Assembly: GCA_964035575.1 (NCBI GenBank)
Contig: OZ037847.1
Location: 496,001-560,000 of the forward strand
DNA length: 64,000 nucleotides
Source of the DNA: Rhynchopus sp. YZ270_cl-10
Taxonomy: Eukaryota
Reading direction: 5' to 3'
The position numbers and the translations under genes were made by a program. The stretch's first letter is position 1; every line of letters starts with the position of its first letter. Positions 1 through 12,993 of this stretch are shown here, piece by piece. Below the pieces are notes generated by a model. The model was not told where the DNA came from, did no database searches, and saw only the letters and a list, made by a program, of their open reading frames with translations.

Positions 1-1307
1 CTTCCCCGAGCCGGGCCTCCGTTTTTTATCCTTTTCCTTCCGTTTCTTGACACGCTTTGAATCAGACTCACTGTCCTCTTCAATATCGTTTGTCCCCCGA
101 AAATGAATATTCTGTGGTGAAGGTGTCCCAGAACTCACCTTATTGTCCTCTTCTACAAGCAAACACCGTTGCGATGGGAGCAGGTGGATTTCGAGCTCCG
201 GGGAACGCAGGCTGGACTTCCCCCCTCCGGAGGCCTTCTTCTTCCGCTCAGAGGCCCCGAGGGAGCGACGCCGTTCTCGGGGCGAGGATGTGCTGGGGCT
301 TTGCTCGCGGGATTTGTCACCACCACCTGAGGCCCCTTTTTTCAGACCATTCTGCCACTGTGCGTACACCCCCTCCACATCATCGTCCTGAAGCCCTTCG
401 AGGGAAGGTGCAGGAAGTGATGTTGGGGTGACTCCAGTGAAGAAGTCATCGATAATCTGTGTAATGCTTGCACGCTGCGCGGTGTCGACAACAAGCATGC
501 GCGCCACCATGGCAGCAAGCTTGCTGTATCTTTTGTGCAGTGGGGTGTAGACACCTTCGGTCACCCTTTTGACGACAGCCAATATGTTGCTACCTACAAA
601 TGGTTTTTCTAAGGCTGCTAACTCGTACAGAACGCATCCAGCACTCCAGACGTCCGCGCTGTTGGTGTAGGAACGGTTCTCGCAGATCTCTGGCGCAATG
701 TAGAATGGCGTGCCGATGACGGTCTGCGCAACAGAGGTGGCAGAGACAAGCTTGCTGATGCCGAAGTCGGCAATGCGGAGGGTGTTGTTAGCTGTGGTAT
801 CAAAGCGTTGAAAATGTGTTCAAAAAAAAATCTCATACCAGTCAAAAAGATATTCGCAGGCTTCAAATCTCTGTGAATAATCCCGATGCTGTGTATATAC
901 TTCATCCCCTGCGCCAGTTGGAACGCCCAAAACGCGATTTCATTTTGTTTGAAATGTGAGTTCGCGGCTTTGCAGGTTTCAATGCGTTTAGAGAGGTCGC
1001 CCTGCGAGCAGTGCTCCATCACGATATTGAGGAAGCCATCCGCATCAACAAAGTGATCCGTATACGAGATGATGTTGAAGTGGTTCAACAGAGAGAGAAT
1101 CTGCACCTCGTTGATCGCCCCACGCATTTCCTCCTCAGGCAGGTCTGCCACATGCACCCGCTTCACTACATGCACACCTTCCATCCCACCCTTCTCAGGG
1201 TTCCCCTCTGCCAAGTACACCTGCCCATAAGATCCTGCCCCCACCGTCTGCAACTTCGAATATCTAGTCCATGTCGCAGGAATAACAGGAACCGGGTCAT
1301 TCCCCAT
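1..1307 (-). CDS. NIMA-related (NEK) Ser/Thr protein kinase, runs off the window at its 3' end; intron 792-838
   Basis: GAGSYG, NEVQIL and HRDLKPANIFL motifs. Removing the 47-nt GTATGA...CCACAG intron restores the frame to ANNTLRIADFGISK...GTPFYIAPE...DVWSAGC. The frame stays open to base 1. Confidence 0.9.
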
Positions 1308-1858
1308 CTCAAATCAATTAATGGAACCCCCCAATGTGTTATAAGCACCGCTTCATTTCACATAAAAAAATTTTTTTTTGTGAGTGGAAACTGTCTGGTG
1401 GAAAAGGGTGGGGTGTGGGTGTAGGAAATAGTCAAAAAATGTTGGGGTAGATTTTTTTTTCTTTTATGAGGGGGGGGGCAGGGTTTACGCCTAAAACGCT
1501 GGCCCAACGAAATGATTGATGTAGACGAGCCTAAAAAAGGATGAAAAAAGGGGGCTGATAAGGGGGGGAGAAAGCCCCTTTTCTCATCGGGCCTATATGT
1601 TCTACTAACCCAGTGCTAGCGGTTAATTCTTCGTGGGTTTGGAGGGGGGTTTTCGTGCTCTTTTGGCACACTTTTTTTATAACGACGCAGAGAAGTAGTC
1701 AGCTCCAGAAGCCCCAGGCAGGGGGTTAGTAAAACCGCAAACACAGCGTTTTGGGGTTTTTTTTGGTATTCTGGTGCAGATTGGTGCATAGTCTGTGTTG
1801 CAAAGAGGTAAACAGGTGGTGGCAGTGCCACAGCCCACCTCTCTACTAGAGCAGATGT

Positions 1859-2290
1859 CTATGAACGGGGCTTCTCCTTCTTCTCACGGTACAGAGCGAA
1901 GAGACCAACTCCCGACACCTTGCTGATCTTGAAACGCACTCCGGGAATGTCACCGACAGCGTGGCCGGAACGACCGAGACCCGCGACCAGCACCTCGTCG
2001 TTCTCCTCGATGAAGTGAAGGCAACCGTCGTTGGGGACGAATGCGAGGATCTTCTTTCCGTTCTTGATCAGCTGCACACGCACGCACTTACGGATGGCGG
2101 AGTTAGGCTGCTTGGCCTCAACTCCGATCTTCTCCAGCACGATTCCCTTAACGTGGGAAGATCCTCCGAACACGTTCGCCTTGATCGACACGGACAAATG
2201 CGCCTTCTTCCAGTCCTTGTCGGCCCACTTCTGGGTCCTGCGGCGCGTCTTCAGCTTACGCGCGGTGTTGATACCACGTGGCTTTCCCAT
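1859..2290 (-). CDS. RPS23: 40S ribosomal protein S23 (uS12), copy 1
   Basis: MGKPRG...[20 protein letters not shown]...GDIPGVRFK, 143 aa. Confidence 0.98.
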   Translation of the reverse strand: MGKPRGINTARKLKTRRRTQKWADKDWKKAHLSVSIKANVFGGSSHVKGIVLEKIGVEAKQPNSAIRKCVRVQLIKNGKKILAFVPNDGCLHFIEENDEVLVAGLGRSGHAVGDIPGVRFKISKVSGVGLFALYREKKEKPRS

Positions 2291-5200
2291 TTTAAATTAT
2301 CCCCTGTTGTGTGGTGTTTTGATGGGGTGGGTGGAGTATAGACACAAAAAATAAACGTTCTTTTTCCCCCTGACCATTTGTATTTCGGAGGGGGGAGAGG
2401 GGTGGGGAGGAGTAACGGAAAGATACTCACGCTTAGAGGCTAGGCGGTGGGAATGGGATGGGGTTAAACTGTGATACCCGATGACAGAAAATAAAAAAAA
2501 ACATTGGACAAGATGAACCTTACACCGCCTCAGCCACCTTTCAATACACAAACATAACAGAAAAACAAAAATGGCACACACAAGAAAATCACAAATGGGC
2601 GAGATGTGTCGCAGCAAATCTCTACAGAAACCTATGGGAGTTGGATGGCGAGATAAAAGTCTGATGTGTATGAAGCCGCCTGCGAAGAAAACACAGGCAA
2701 CCACAAAAGGCGTTGGTGAAGAAAGAGAAAAAGAAAATATACCATGATATCGTATTTCATGCATCCGGAGCAATAAATGCACCGGCAGCATTGCAGCGTC
2801 GCAGCAAAAATAAGAAAAAATATCAGAGAAATAAAAGAAAAGAGAGGAACGAGTATAGAAGGATCCGATATAAAAAAAAATCTGAACAAACAAATACACA
2901 CACACTCTGTTGATTCTAAAGGGTTGGGGAAGTCGCGGAACGAGAAAAATAGAGGGGAAAAAAGCTGGGTTGTTGAAGACTTCTACAAAACTACGCCACA
3001 CCAGAACGGTGGAAAGATATTGGAAATAGAAACGTAACTCTCATCACACGATAAAACCCATGGCAGAGGAGGTTGCGGTGAAACGTACACACCTCAACCT
3101 GTTTTGGTGAGGAGTGGCTCAGCAGCGCGGTTTCGTCCCCCAGAACCGCAAAAGTGTGTTCAAAATGCTTTGTTTCTATTTCCTCCTTTCATGAGGTTAA
3201 AAATAATATAGTTATTGATGCAGGCACCTCCGACTGCCCTACGTACGATGCCAGCCATGGATGAAAGCATAAGTACCCTGCGACCAACAACAGAAGGTGT
3301 GGGGAAAAAAGAGGTCGTGCAAAAACGCTTCAACGGATACAACGGAAGCAGGTATTTGTAAAGAGAGAAACTCTTGGCAGATGAATGTACATCGCAATGT
3401 GCATTCATATGAAAAGAAACCCGTTGTAGGCAAGTCAAGAGTAAACTCTAGTCCCGGCTAGCCAAGGAAGGATATTACGAAAGAAAAAGAGAACATAAAA
3501 GTGCAAACGTCTCACCATTCATCGGACGCAGGGCACTGAAGAAGGAAAAAAAAAAGACAGAATATTTTGACAGATTCACCGCAATCATGATGAAAAATTA
3601 AGAAGAAATGTGTCGTATTGTTCCCTCACACCCCTTCTTGTAGTTGATGCGTTGACACTTCCACACATAAAGTGTGCACTACGAGAAACGCAACTGTTGT
3701 TCCTGTTATTATTTTCCTCCACTCTTAGGCGAACAAAAGCCTAAAAACAGGAGAGCTTTTTTTTCTCTCTCGTCGAGAGGGGATGCGTGGTTTAAAACAA
3801 ATTAACGCATTTTTCGCATAGTGCAAAAAAAGGCAAACGGGACAAAACGTTGACAGCAAATAAATGCACTAGACGCAACTCGGCTGAAAGTCGACTACGT
3901 ACAGACGGGTTGAGTGGTGAGTGGGTCTTTTTTTCTCTCTTTTTCTCTCGGAAAAAAAAAATGGGTAAGGGTAGTGCAGTTTCCTTTGTGTCGCCACATC
4001 GTGCAAGATCCACTTCCCACACTTTTTCTCCACCGTACAGATGCTCCAGGACTCACGGTACATTCCACTTCTACCAAGGTTGTCCCGACTAAAACTGTTG
4101 ATCGAAATAGAATCACAAAATGCAGACAACCAGACCTCTCAGGTCACACACAGATGGGGGTTTTTCAGACTTTTTGAATTGCCAATTTTTTGCCTGAGTT
4201 AATAAAATTAAGGTGATTTGAAGCCTCTCGTGCTTCGATCGCCTGTATAAAAAAACAAAAACACACACGCCAAAACCGATAAAAAAAGCACATATCCAGC
4301 GAGTGCACAATATGTATCGTGATATGGATAAAGAAAAAAACACTCAAAAAATGACCCCACACATTTCGAATAATCGTCCAGACAAAGATAATAAATGGGG
4401 AAGGGGCAAGATGGGGGGGGAGAAAACGCTACGCCCGGGACGGCCATTTTCCCAATGTGCTAAAACAAAACTGCCTACAGACATCCACAACTAAAGTGAA
4501 GGTGTTTATGCAGACACATGGACATTGACCTGTTTATATTTTAAAAGGAAGAAACGCAAGAAAAAGTTAAGAATCCCAAAACGAATGAGAACAACACGTC
4601 TAAAAGCTAAAATGTAAAGAGAAAGCTAATAGCGAACTTGACACTCGCGGAGGAGGAGGAGAGGGAGAAGGAGAAAAAGAGCAGGGGAATACGAGCATTA
4701 TGCAGCTTTTTTTACTAGATGAACCTAAGCCTCACACACTTAAGCCACCTTCAGAACTTAAAAGACGAATGGCCTGATCAATGGACACACACATCGGAAG
4801 AAAAGAGAAGTTGTAAGTTGTGCAAACGTCTCCACAGACGCAGACAACCAAAAAGAAACGGAAAAAAAAAAGGATTTTTTGAAAGTGCTAAAATAACTCC
4901 TAGAACCCTCAGCCCATATAGAACGCTCTCCAGGGGATTCAGAGAACCCTTTGGAGGAGGTTCGTATCCTTGTACAAAAGTACCGGTTATCGAACGTCCT
5001 CCCAGGATGCTTTCCTCTGTAGTGGTCCGGCTCGGCAGAAGTGGAAATCTAGAATATGACATATTATGTGCACCCAAAAAATGGTGTCGGTAAGATGAAC
5101 CAAGCCTCGTGCTAAGTCATCTGAAGAAAGGTGTGCAAGATGAACCTAAGTAGGCTTCATGCTCGCTTCGAAAAGGAATTGTTTCATAATATTATACTAA

Positions 5201-7728
5201 CTATTCTACTGAATAGACGGTATAATAGGGTGCACTAAATGTACCCAAACTTAAAAGGAAGAAAAAAAAGGTGGGTTTTTTAAAGGGCAGACGCCTCTTT
5301 GGATGCAAGAGACGTTTAAAAATCATAGTTCACTTTTTTTTGTGGAGGAAATAGGAGGGTGGGTACGTACAGTGCCGAACTGCAAGCAGATGAGCATCAC
5401 GTTGGTGGCGTGATCTTACCCAGACATATCTAAGCTTAGGGGGAAGGAAGAGAGGAGATGAAAAAAAAAAGAGAAGTTGAAAGTGCAAAACGCCTCACCG
5501 TGCATCGGGGGACGTCTCAAAGAAGACAAAACGTTCAACAATACATTATTTCATATACTTTCTTATCTAAACGAAAAGAAGGCAAAAGAGGGTGCAAAAA
5601 ATGTACCCTTGCTTTTTTTGACATATTTTGCAAAACGTAGAAAAGAAAAGTAAATGCTGCATGCACAAATTGAAACAATGCAGAAATTATTTCATCATAT
5701 ACTGTCCATTCTACTGAATAGAAGGTATAGCAGGGTGCACTGAATGTACCGGTCAAAAACGATACAGGAAAAAGAAAACTTGGTTCGGGGAAAAAAAAAG
5801 TTTATGAGATGAACCTAAGCCTCTGCTTAGTCACCACAAAAGAACCAACACAATGGTTGGAAAAAACGTGCTTTGAAAGCATGCAAGAAAACCCAAAAAA
5901 TGTTTCTTTGTTTTGTTGTTTTGAAAAACAACCACCAAAAAAGGTTCGATTCCATTATCCCTGTTTGGGATATTTAGAAACAAATTGTAAAAAAGGGGGG
6001 TATTTTTGGAGGAAAGAAAGACGGGAATAAAGAACGAAGTCATCAAACAGAAGATACGGGGGGTATTAAAAGAATTTTTTTTCGCAACATGACTCAATGT
6101 CAAAGTAGGGGGCAGAGAGAGGGGGGCGTGTTTGCCTAGTGTAAAAGCCAACCAAAATATGAGAAAAAAAGGTAAAGAAACAGAAAAAAGAAAAAAGAAA
6201 AAAAAAAACACGGCAAAGACGCACTACAAATTTGTAAAGATGACCCTAAGCCTCTCGTGCTTTAGTCACATTAATAAAGAAACAGAAGTTGGAAGTACCC
6301 ACACCTCACCGTTCACCGGCGGACGCAGGCATTGGTTCAAAAAAGTAATAGCAGGTGCAACGAAAAGAGATGTAAAATGCATCAAGTGACAAACACAAAA
6401 ACCCCCAAAAAAATTCCAAAGACAGATGACCCACCCACAAGGGCACAGCGAACCCGTATCCTCAACAACGCGGGGGGGAAGCGACATCGTTGGGATCAGT
6501 CTTGGTACGAAGCTCTTACATTCACAAAAAAAAAAATATTTATATTTGGGATGGGGTGACAATTGGCTATTTGGGAATACGCTAAATTACAATTTGCGCA
6601 ATTTAGAAAATATACAATAATTATGAACAATAGGCACAAATACCCAATATTGGCCTGCGACGTCAATTGCTTACTTTTGCCGCCTTGAGACAACAAAACA
6701 AAACAACACAAGAAGCTTATAAGGCGTTTGACCACCTTGACAAAAACAACCTAACAAACAAACATATGCATGTACCTCGTGTTACGAGAACAATTTGTTT
6801 ATACGGAAATGCAAAAAAATATATTGGTCAGAACGGAATAGTGTACTTGAGACACTTTTTAAGGAAAAAATAAAAAATACATGGCAGGATGAGGATTAGA
6901 GAAGGGGTACGTGATTTTAGGACAGTTTTTTTTTTATCGGAAGATCTGTGAAAATCTCCCCCCGCACTTCATCTGTTGGATAATTAACAAGAATAAATAA
7001 TGAAATTCGGTATTTCCATAAATACACTACATTAAAATAACAAACCTATAACAAATTCGGACCAAAACAAAACAAAAAAAATCGGATATTCTCAGTTTTT
7101 TTTCCACAACCTTTTAGGGTATTTTCAATAGGATACGTGATGCAGTTGATAACATGCCGTGTTTAAGGCACAAAAAAAAAAAACGTTATATCCCCTCTCA
7201 CCAGTCGGCCGGTATGGGTTTTGTGTGGAGTGGTGGAGTGACAAAAAAAGGAGGGCGCTGTACTGCGCTGTGCGAATCGATAAAAATACACACAATTGAC
7301 ACGATATCAAAATTTGCTGCATTACTGTTACCATATCGTTACCTATTGATCACATCAAACTAAGAAAAGAACGGTGCTTTTTTTTATCTTTTTTTAGATG
7401 GATCTCAACCCCCCTTAAAATAGGTGGCAACATTCATCCATTTTTTCAGCGTCACATTAGTCACCCCTCAACAAAAATCGTTGAAGGTGAACATTAGTAT
7501 ATTTTCTGTAGAACGGGAGTTTAAAAAAATACGCAACTTTTTTTTTTGTCATTTGCTGCGTTGTATGGTATAATGTGGACACGGCGAGCCTCTTCCACCT
7601 TTCGTTTAAAGCACATTTCTGTGCTAAAAAAACCAAGGGGACGGGTGTTGGGGAGAGGGTTGGGGGAGGGGGGATGTTGTTATTGTCAACGCTGTCCCCA
7701 TATTTTTTTTGTTTTTTTTGTGGTTTGT

Positions 7729-7845
7729 CTACCTGATTTTTACCGCGTATAGGCGCGAAAAGAACCGTATAGGTCCGTACAGGGAAAAACGGACCGTCCG
7801 ACACGCCTTTACACGCGCCTATACGCGGGGGTAAAAATCAGGTGG
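7729..7845. mobile_element. 117-bp MITE-like element, CYACC...GGTGG family, copy 1
   Basis: Imperfect TIR CTACCTGATTTTTACC-GCGTATAGGCGCG / CGCGCCTATACGCGGGGGTAAAAATCAGGTGG; 5-bp TSD TTTGT (7724-7728, 7846-7850). Confidence 0.8.
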
Positions 7846-8343
7846 TTTGTATAAAAATAGGAAAGATGAACAACGAAACACATGGCAAAGGGAATATGTT
7901 GGTCAAGATGAGCCCGAGCCCTCATGTTTGCTCACCTTGTAAAACTGTTGAAAAATGAACGAGTCTCCCAAGTGAAGGGGTTTTTATGAAGTTTTTGATA
8001 TGTTTGCTTTGTGCTCTTATTTTGTTTTTTTTGTTCCCGGATGAGGGGAAATAGGGCATCTCAAAAAGCATCTAAAAACAAAAAAAAAAGCAATCCCTTT
8101 TTTACTTTTTATATTTTCTTGCAGGATTTTCAAACCTGCGTGGGGCAGAGAAAAAAAATCTTTACAAATTTGAAAACTGTTGGCTGCGTTAGTGAAAATC
8201 ATAGGTTTTTTTTTTCACATTTTTTTTTTGGGGGCAACGAAATACAAAATCTGTCTGTCAAAGGGGGAAAAAATGCACGATTTTGTTGAAAAATCGTTGT
8301 TGGTGTGTTCCGGGGTATCGAAAAATACAAATTTTCATTTCAA

Positions 8344-8487
8344 TTCACAACTCTTCACAACTCTTCACAACTCTTCACAACTATTCACAACTCTTCACAA
8401 ATTTTCACAAAAAACGTGTATGTGAAGAGTTGTGAAGAGTTGTGAAGAGTTGTGAAGAGTTGTGAAGAGTTGTGAAGAGTTGTGAAG
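8344..8487. repeat. Head-to-head arrays of the 10-mer TTCACAACTC (7 direct + 7 inverted)
   Basis: 8344-8410 (TTCACAACTC)n followed by 8421-8487 (TGTGAAGAGT)n. Confidence 0.95.
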
Positions 8488-9687
8488 TGGCGAAGTCTGG
8501 GTGGTGCCTGGGCACCCAGGTACCCAGGTAGGTACAGGACACCTTTTGGAGGACGTTGGTTGGCAACACAGGAGGTTCTATGTGCAAAAAGTGCCTAAAA
8601 TGGTGCGGCTGACGGGACGATTTGGACCCTTTTGGGCCATTCTTGGGCCATGTGTTTTTAGGTGTGTTTTTTTTTCAACTTTTTGACTTGGATTGCATTT
8701 TTGGGATCCCCGTGCAGTGGTCATACTTGGACCGCCCGAAAAAAATTTCGGGCGAATTCGGGCGGATTTTTCGGGCGCGGGTCCCGAGCGCCCGAAATAT
8801 ATTTCGGGCGTTTTAAAGGGAATTTAAAGGGAATTTATACGTAATTCGGGCGAATTCGGGCGCACAATCGGTGCACTGGAGTATCTTATGTGTGCTGGGA
8901 AGCATGCCACCAGTGTAAAAATCTTACGCTTTATTTGAAAGATTGGCACAAAATTTGCTCAAAGAAAAAAAAATTGAGCAAAAAGTCCTAGTAGAACCCA
9001 ACTTATATGAGTACAGCTCTGTTAGCAGCCACGTATAAAACCGATTTGGTGACGGGCTAAAAAACCTGTCGTTCTTGTGTGACACTTCCATGGAAACGTG
9101 ATGAGGACCTCACCTTTTTTTACAGGTGGTTTTTTTTGTAAGGACCTCACACACTGGGCAGGCGGTCAGCTATTCGCTTCCCGCGGGGCGTTCGCGTGCG
9201 CGCTTCGCGCGCCCGCTCACGGTAACGTGTACAAAAAAACCTCACTCGTGCCTTCATGAACTGGCCTGTAAAGTGGCCTGTAAAAAGTGGTGTTTTTGTG
9301 GTAAACGCCAGATGGTCAAAAGAGTGATCTGAGCATATTCCCCAGGTATAACTGGTACTCAAAAAGTTCATTAACGAAGGAATCTTGCACTTTTGACCAT
9401 CACATATTAGATGTGTTTTTTCAGGTTTTTCAATGCACTTTCCTGTACTGGGAAGCATGCCACAAGTGTCATGTTTTACAAGGCAAAAATGACCAAAAAA
9501 GCTGATTTTTGGCCGAATGCCACATGTCATTTGGCAGTCCAATTTCTGAACACGACTGAAAAAAAATTTTTTTTTGGGCCTCAATACCCCCAAACAACAC
9601 GTTAAGCCCAAAAAATTCACTTTTGGATGAGCAACTATTTATTTAAAAAAATCGATTTTTTGGTCAAATCCCCTCTGGTGGTGAGGG

Positions 9688-9746
9688 GGTGTGTGTGTGT
9701 GTGTGTGGGTGTGTGTGTGTGTGGGTGTGTAGTGTGTGTGGTGTGG
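9688..9746. repeat. Imperfect (GT)n microsatellite
   Basis: gtgtgtgt run with a few interruptions. Confidence 0.85.
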
Positions 9747-10652
9747 GTGGCGCACATCTCTATAGTAAAGACTAAAAAACTAAGGTTTTTTAGGATTTCC
9801 CTAACAATTGACACTAAAATACTACTAAAAACGTAAAAAGGCGATTTTTCACGTTTTTGGGCATCTCCTGAGCAACTACAGTCCCGAAACACCCCGAGAA
9901 TGGGTCAGAACCACCCTGTGACCCGAAAATTCACAAAAATTCACCCTGAAATACGAAAAAATGGTGAAACCCCGGTTCATAGTGTGTTTTGGGTGGGAAT
10001 AAGCAAATGATAGTCAGAAAACCCGTGATTTGGTGGTGATTCCCAAAGTGCACTCAGGTGTACAAAAGTTTTAGTACAGTAGTCCTGTCGGGTGGTGTAC
10101 CATTTTTTTCCCCAGAGCAACTTAGGTGTAATTGTGGTTAATTGTGTGTACGTGTGTTTGATAACTAGTGGGGGTAATTCTTGCTCAGAATATGGCCCCA
10201 ACGTGTACGTGTGTGTACTTGTGCTGAAAGTGTGCTGAAATTGTGCCTAATATAGGCATAGTTCAGGTGAGTATGGTGCTAGTTGTGCCCAGCTGTGTTT
10301 TGAGTAAAACGGTACAAAAAACAGGGAAAAAAGTGGTAGTGCCACTGGTACAAAACTTTTCTAGCGAAGCCACAGTACGCAACATTTCGGGTAGAGCTGT
10401 GGGCTACCGCTCGTAATTTTTAGCTGCGTCGCAGGCTCACGGTACGCTACTTTCTTGAGAGTTGCGAACATGTTGAAAAAAAAAAAGGCAACAAACGAAC
10501 ACGCCGCGGACTTCCGTCGTCCTCCTCCGCACAGGGGGTGGGGTGGTACGGCCAGCTTGACCCAGGCTAGCTAGCCCTCTGCACAGCACACTTTACCTGA
10601 CCAGTCCTGCAAAAAACCCTGGAAAAAAACACCCCCCTTTTTTTCCCTCCAA

Positions 10653-10890
10653 TTCACAACTCTTCACAACTGTTCACAACTCTTCACAAATCTTCACAAC
10701 ATCTGTGTTTTTTTCATCCAAATTTTCATTTCAATTCACAACTCTTCACAACTATTCACAACTCTTCACAACTCTTCACAACTCTTCACAATTCTTCACA
10801 ATTCTTCACAAAAAAATGGCCAAAAATTATGTTGTGAAAATTTGTGAAAACTTGTGAAAACTTGTGAAGATTGGTGAAGATTGGTGAAAA
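10653..10890. repeat. TTCACAACTC 10-mer arrays (5 + 8 direct, 6 degenerate inverted)
   Basis: 10653-10700 and 10735-10811 direct; 10832-10890 inverted, running into the right TIR. Confidence 0.93.
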
Positions 10891-11530
10891 TTTGTATTTT
10901 CCGATACCCCGGAACACACCAGTTGTGGTTGAAAAAATAAAATAAAATTCCACTTCGGATGCGAGCCTTTTTAACTAAAACACACACACATCGCAAAAAC
11001 GGCGCAAAAATGGTTAAGATAAAATCTGTAAATAATGATGGAGTCATCCCTACCAGACCAAAGAAAGAAAAGCCTATGAGATGAACCTAAGCCTCTCGAG
11101 CTTAGTCTGATTAGATTACTTGATGTTTTGAACATTGGTTATTCATCAATCTTTCTCTCGAACTTAGTCACCTTGACCTCAAACATAAACGGACACACTC
11201 GAACGAGCAAGAAACAAAAAAAAAAAAATCGAGACAAACAATAGAATTCATGGAAAGTGGTGAGGGACAAAAAAAAAATCATGCAACAGTCGAGAGAAAA
11301 CGCCCTACCTTCCTTTTTAGGGGTTGGCCTGGACCCTCAATTATCATTTTTGTTTGAAAAAATTTTTGGAGTAAATCTCCATTTTTCTCCCCTCAACAAT
11401 ACATGGTCCGTCTTTATGATTTGGACAGAGGTACTCTGTTCTGTCTTCTTTCAGGGTTGTTGTTGTTGTTGTTGTTTTTTTTTTTTTTTGAAAAAGTTTG
11501 GACACTCGAATAGCATTAGTGTAGTATAGA

Positions 11531-11632
11531 CCACAGTAAGGTAGCAAAAGCCTTGCCTAACAAAGGCGGATTGGAAGCCGATGGCAGTTTTTTTTCTTAG
11601 GTTTTAGACGGGGCTTTTGCTATTTACTGTGG
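11531..11632. mobile_element. ~100-bp inverted-repeat (MITE-like) element
   Basis: CCACAGTAAGGTAGCAAAAGCCTTGCCTAA vs TTAGACGGGGCTTTTGCTATTTACTGTGG; a related right end occurs near 17524-17550; no clear TSD. Confidence 0.55.
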
Positions 11633-12993
11633 GCAAATAGAATAGGGGGGGGAAAAGAAATTAAGACCACAAAAAGCTGTTATCATTGTCCAATATTCTC
11701 TGTTCTGTTCTGTTCTTTGTCTCTCTTTTGTTTGTTTGTTTTTTTTTCGACTTCGCTCATGTGGAATCCAGGGGGGAAAAATACCCGAAAAGGGCGGCGA
11801 AAGCAAATTTTTGACTTGAAAATACAACCTCTCGTTGACAGTGTACAAAAAACAAAAAAAAAAAGAAGAAAAGAAAGGCAACAAAGAATTCGCACAAAAA
11901 GATGAAAAAAAATCAAAAAAAAAAAAAAAAAAATTGAAAAGTTGAAAACGCCTCAGGGGCTCGTACACTGTGAAAGAAAAGCAAAAAATGAGAGAGACGC
12001 AAGGTATTATATAGATCGTGACAACGCCCGATGTTGGACTCTACAAAACGGGGAAAATAACAAAAAAAAAAAGCGAACCTAGAACAACGCCTAGTATTTG
12101 AAAAGACTGCTCTTAGCATAAAAATAGCCCGTCTCGTCTTCTAAAAAAAGAAAAAAGTGACTGAAAGGAACGTGGAGATTGCAAAAAAAAAATGAAGGCA
12201 CCAACACTATTCCTATTTTTTTTCCTTCTAAAAAATCATAAAAAGAGAAAGGACAATTGGTTTGTTTGTCATTGAGAGCAAAGGTATGTACTCAATGTAG
12301 TTTGGTTTTTTTCTTTTCCTTCTTCTTTTTCGTTTCGTTTCGTTTTGTTTTGTTTTTTTGAAAACAATATTTTTTGTTACGCTTTGCTCTTCAGCCGATG
12401 CATAAGGCACAAAGCCATGTAACAATTTTTACCTCAGAGGCTGGCCGCTCTACCCTTCATTCTGCCCAGACAACCGTAGTATCCAGACATCAATTAAAGT
12501 CGGGGGAGAGGGACATTTTTTTTTGTTGTTGTTGTTGAAAAAAGGTTGAGGAAAAGCTTTCGGGATGCATTAGTAATGATTCGTATAGGGGATATTTGAT
12601 ATGGGAGATGGGAAGAATGGGAGATGGAAAGAAAAGAAGAAAAAGAAAAAAAGAGAAAAAAAAAATACGGGGCTCGGTAGAATTGCTTTTCTGCCAAAGA
12701 CAATAAGCTGGTTGTGCTTGATTTTCTTTCCCTATCTTTTTTTAAATTGGAGTGGAAAGTGTTGCCTACAAGCACTTTCAAAAAAAAAAATCTTTTTTTA
12801 TACCATGCATTCCGTCGATGCTCTTCTCATCGAGGTTTTCACATTATGTGTGCACAGTGTATTTCTTTAGAAAAAATCAATAAGAAATGATAAAATGTGC
12901 AGTGATATTATATCAAATACACGAGGGCGGTCTACCCCCCCCCGGTTTAGCTCGCTGCTGCGATGGTTGTTGTTTGTCTCATCAAATGACTTC

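Larger units (their letters stand above)
8301..10921. mobile_element. 2.6-kb non-autonomous foldback-like TIR element
   Basis: 37-bp TIRs (8301-8337 and 10885-10921, 1 mismatch), TG...CA ends, 5-bp TSD GTTGT (8296-8300, 10922-10926), subterminal TTCACAACTC arrays, no transposase ORF. Confidence 0.88.

Noticed and set aside
2297..3001. 234-aa Phe-rich ORF and similar F/K-rich ORFs in spacers
   Set aside because: Products of poly-T/poly-A tracts with non-ATG starts.
5942..5963. GGTTCGATTCC resembling a tRNA T-loop/B-box
   Set aside because: No cloverleaf stems or D-arm in the flanks.
4717..6272. Clustered 35-nt palindromic repeats as a CRISPR-like array
   Set aside because: Spacing is irregular (tens to thousands of bp), copies are degenerate, and the context is eukaryotic.
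8344..10890. 10-mer arrays as CRISPR or telomere
   Set aside because: No spacers and no cas genes; the unit is not TTAGGG-like; the arrays sit inside a TIR/TSD-bounded element.
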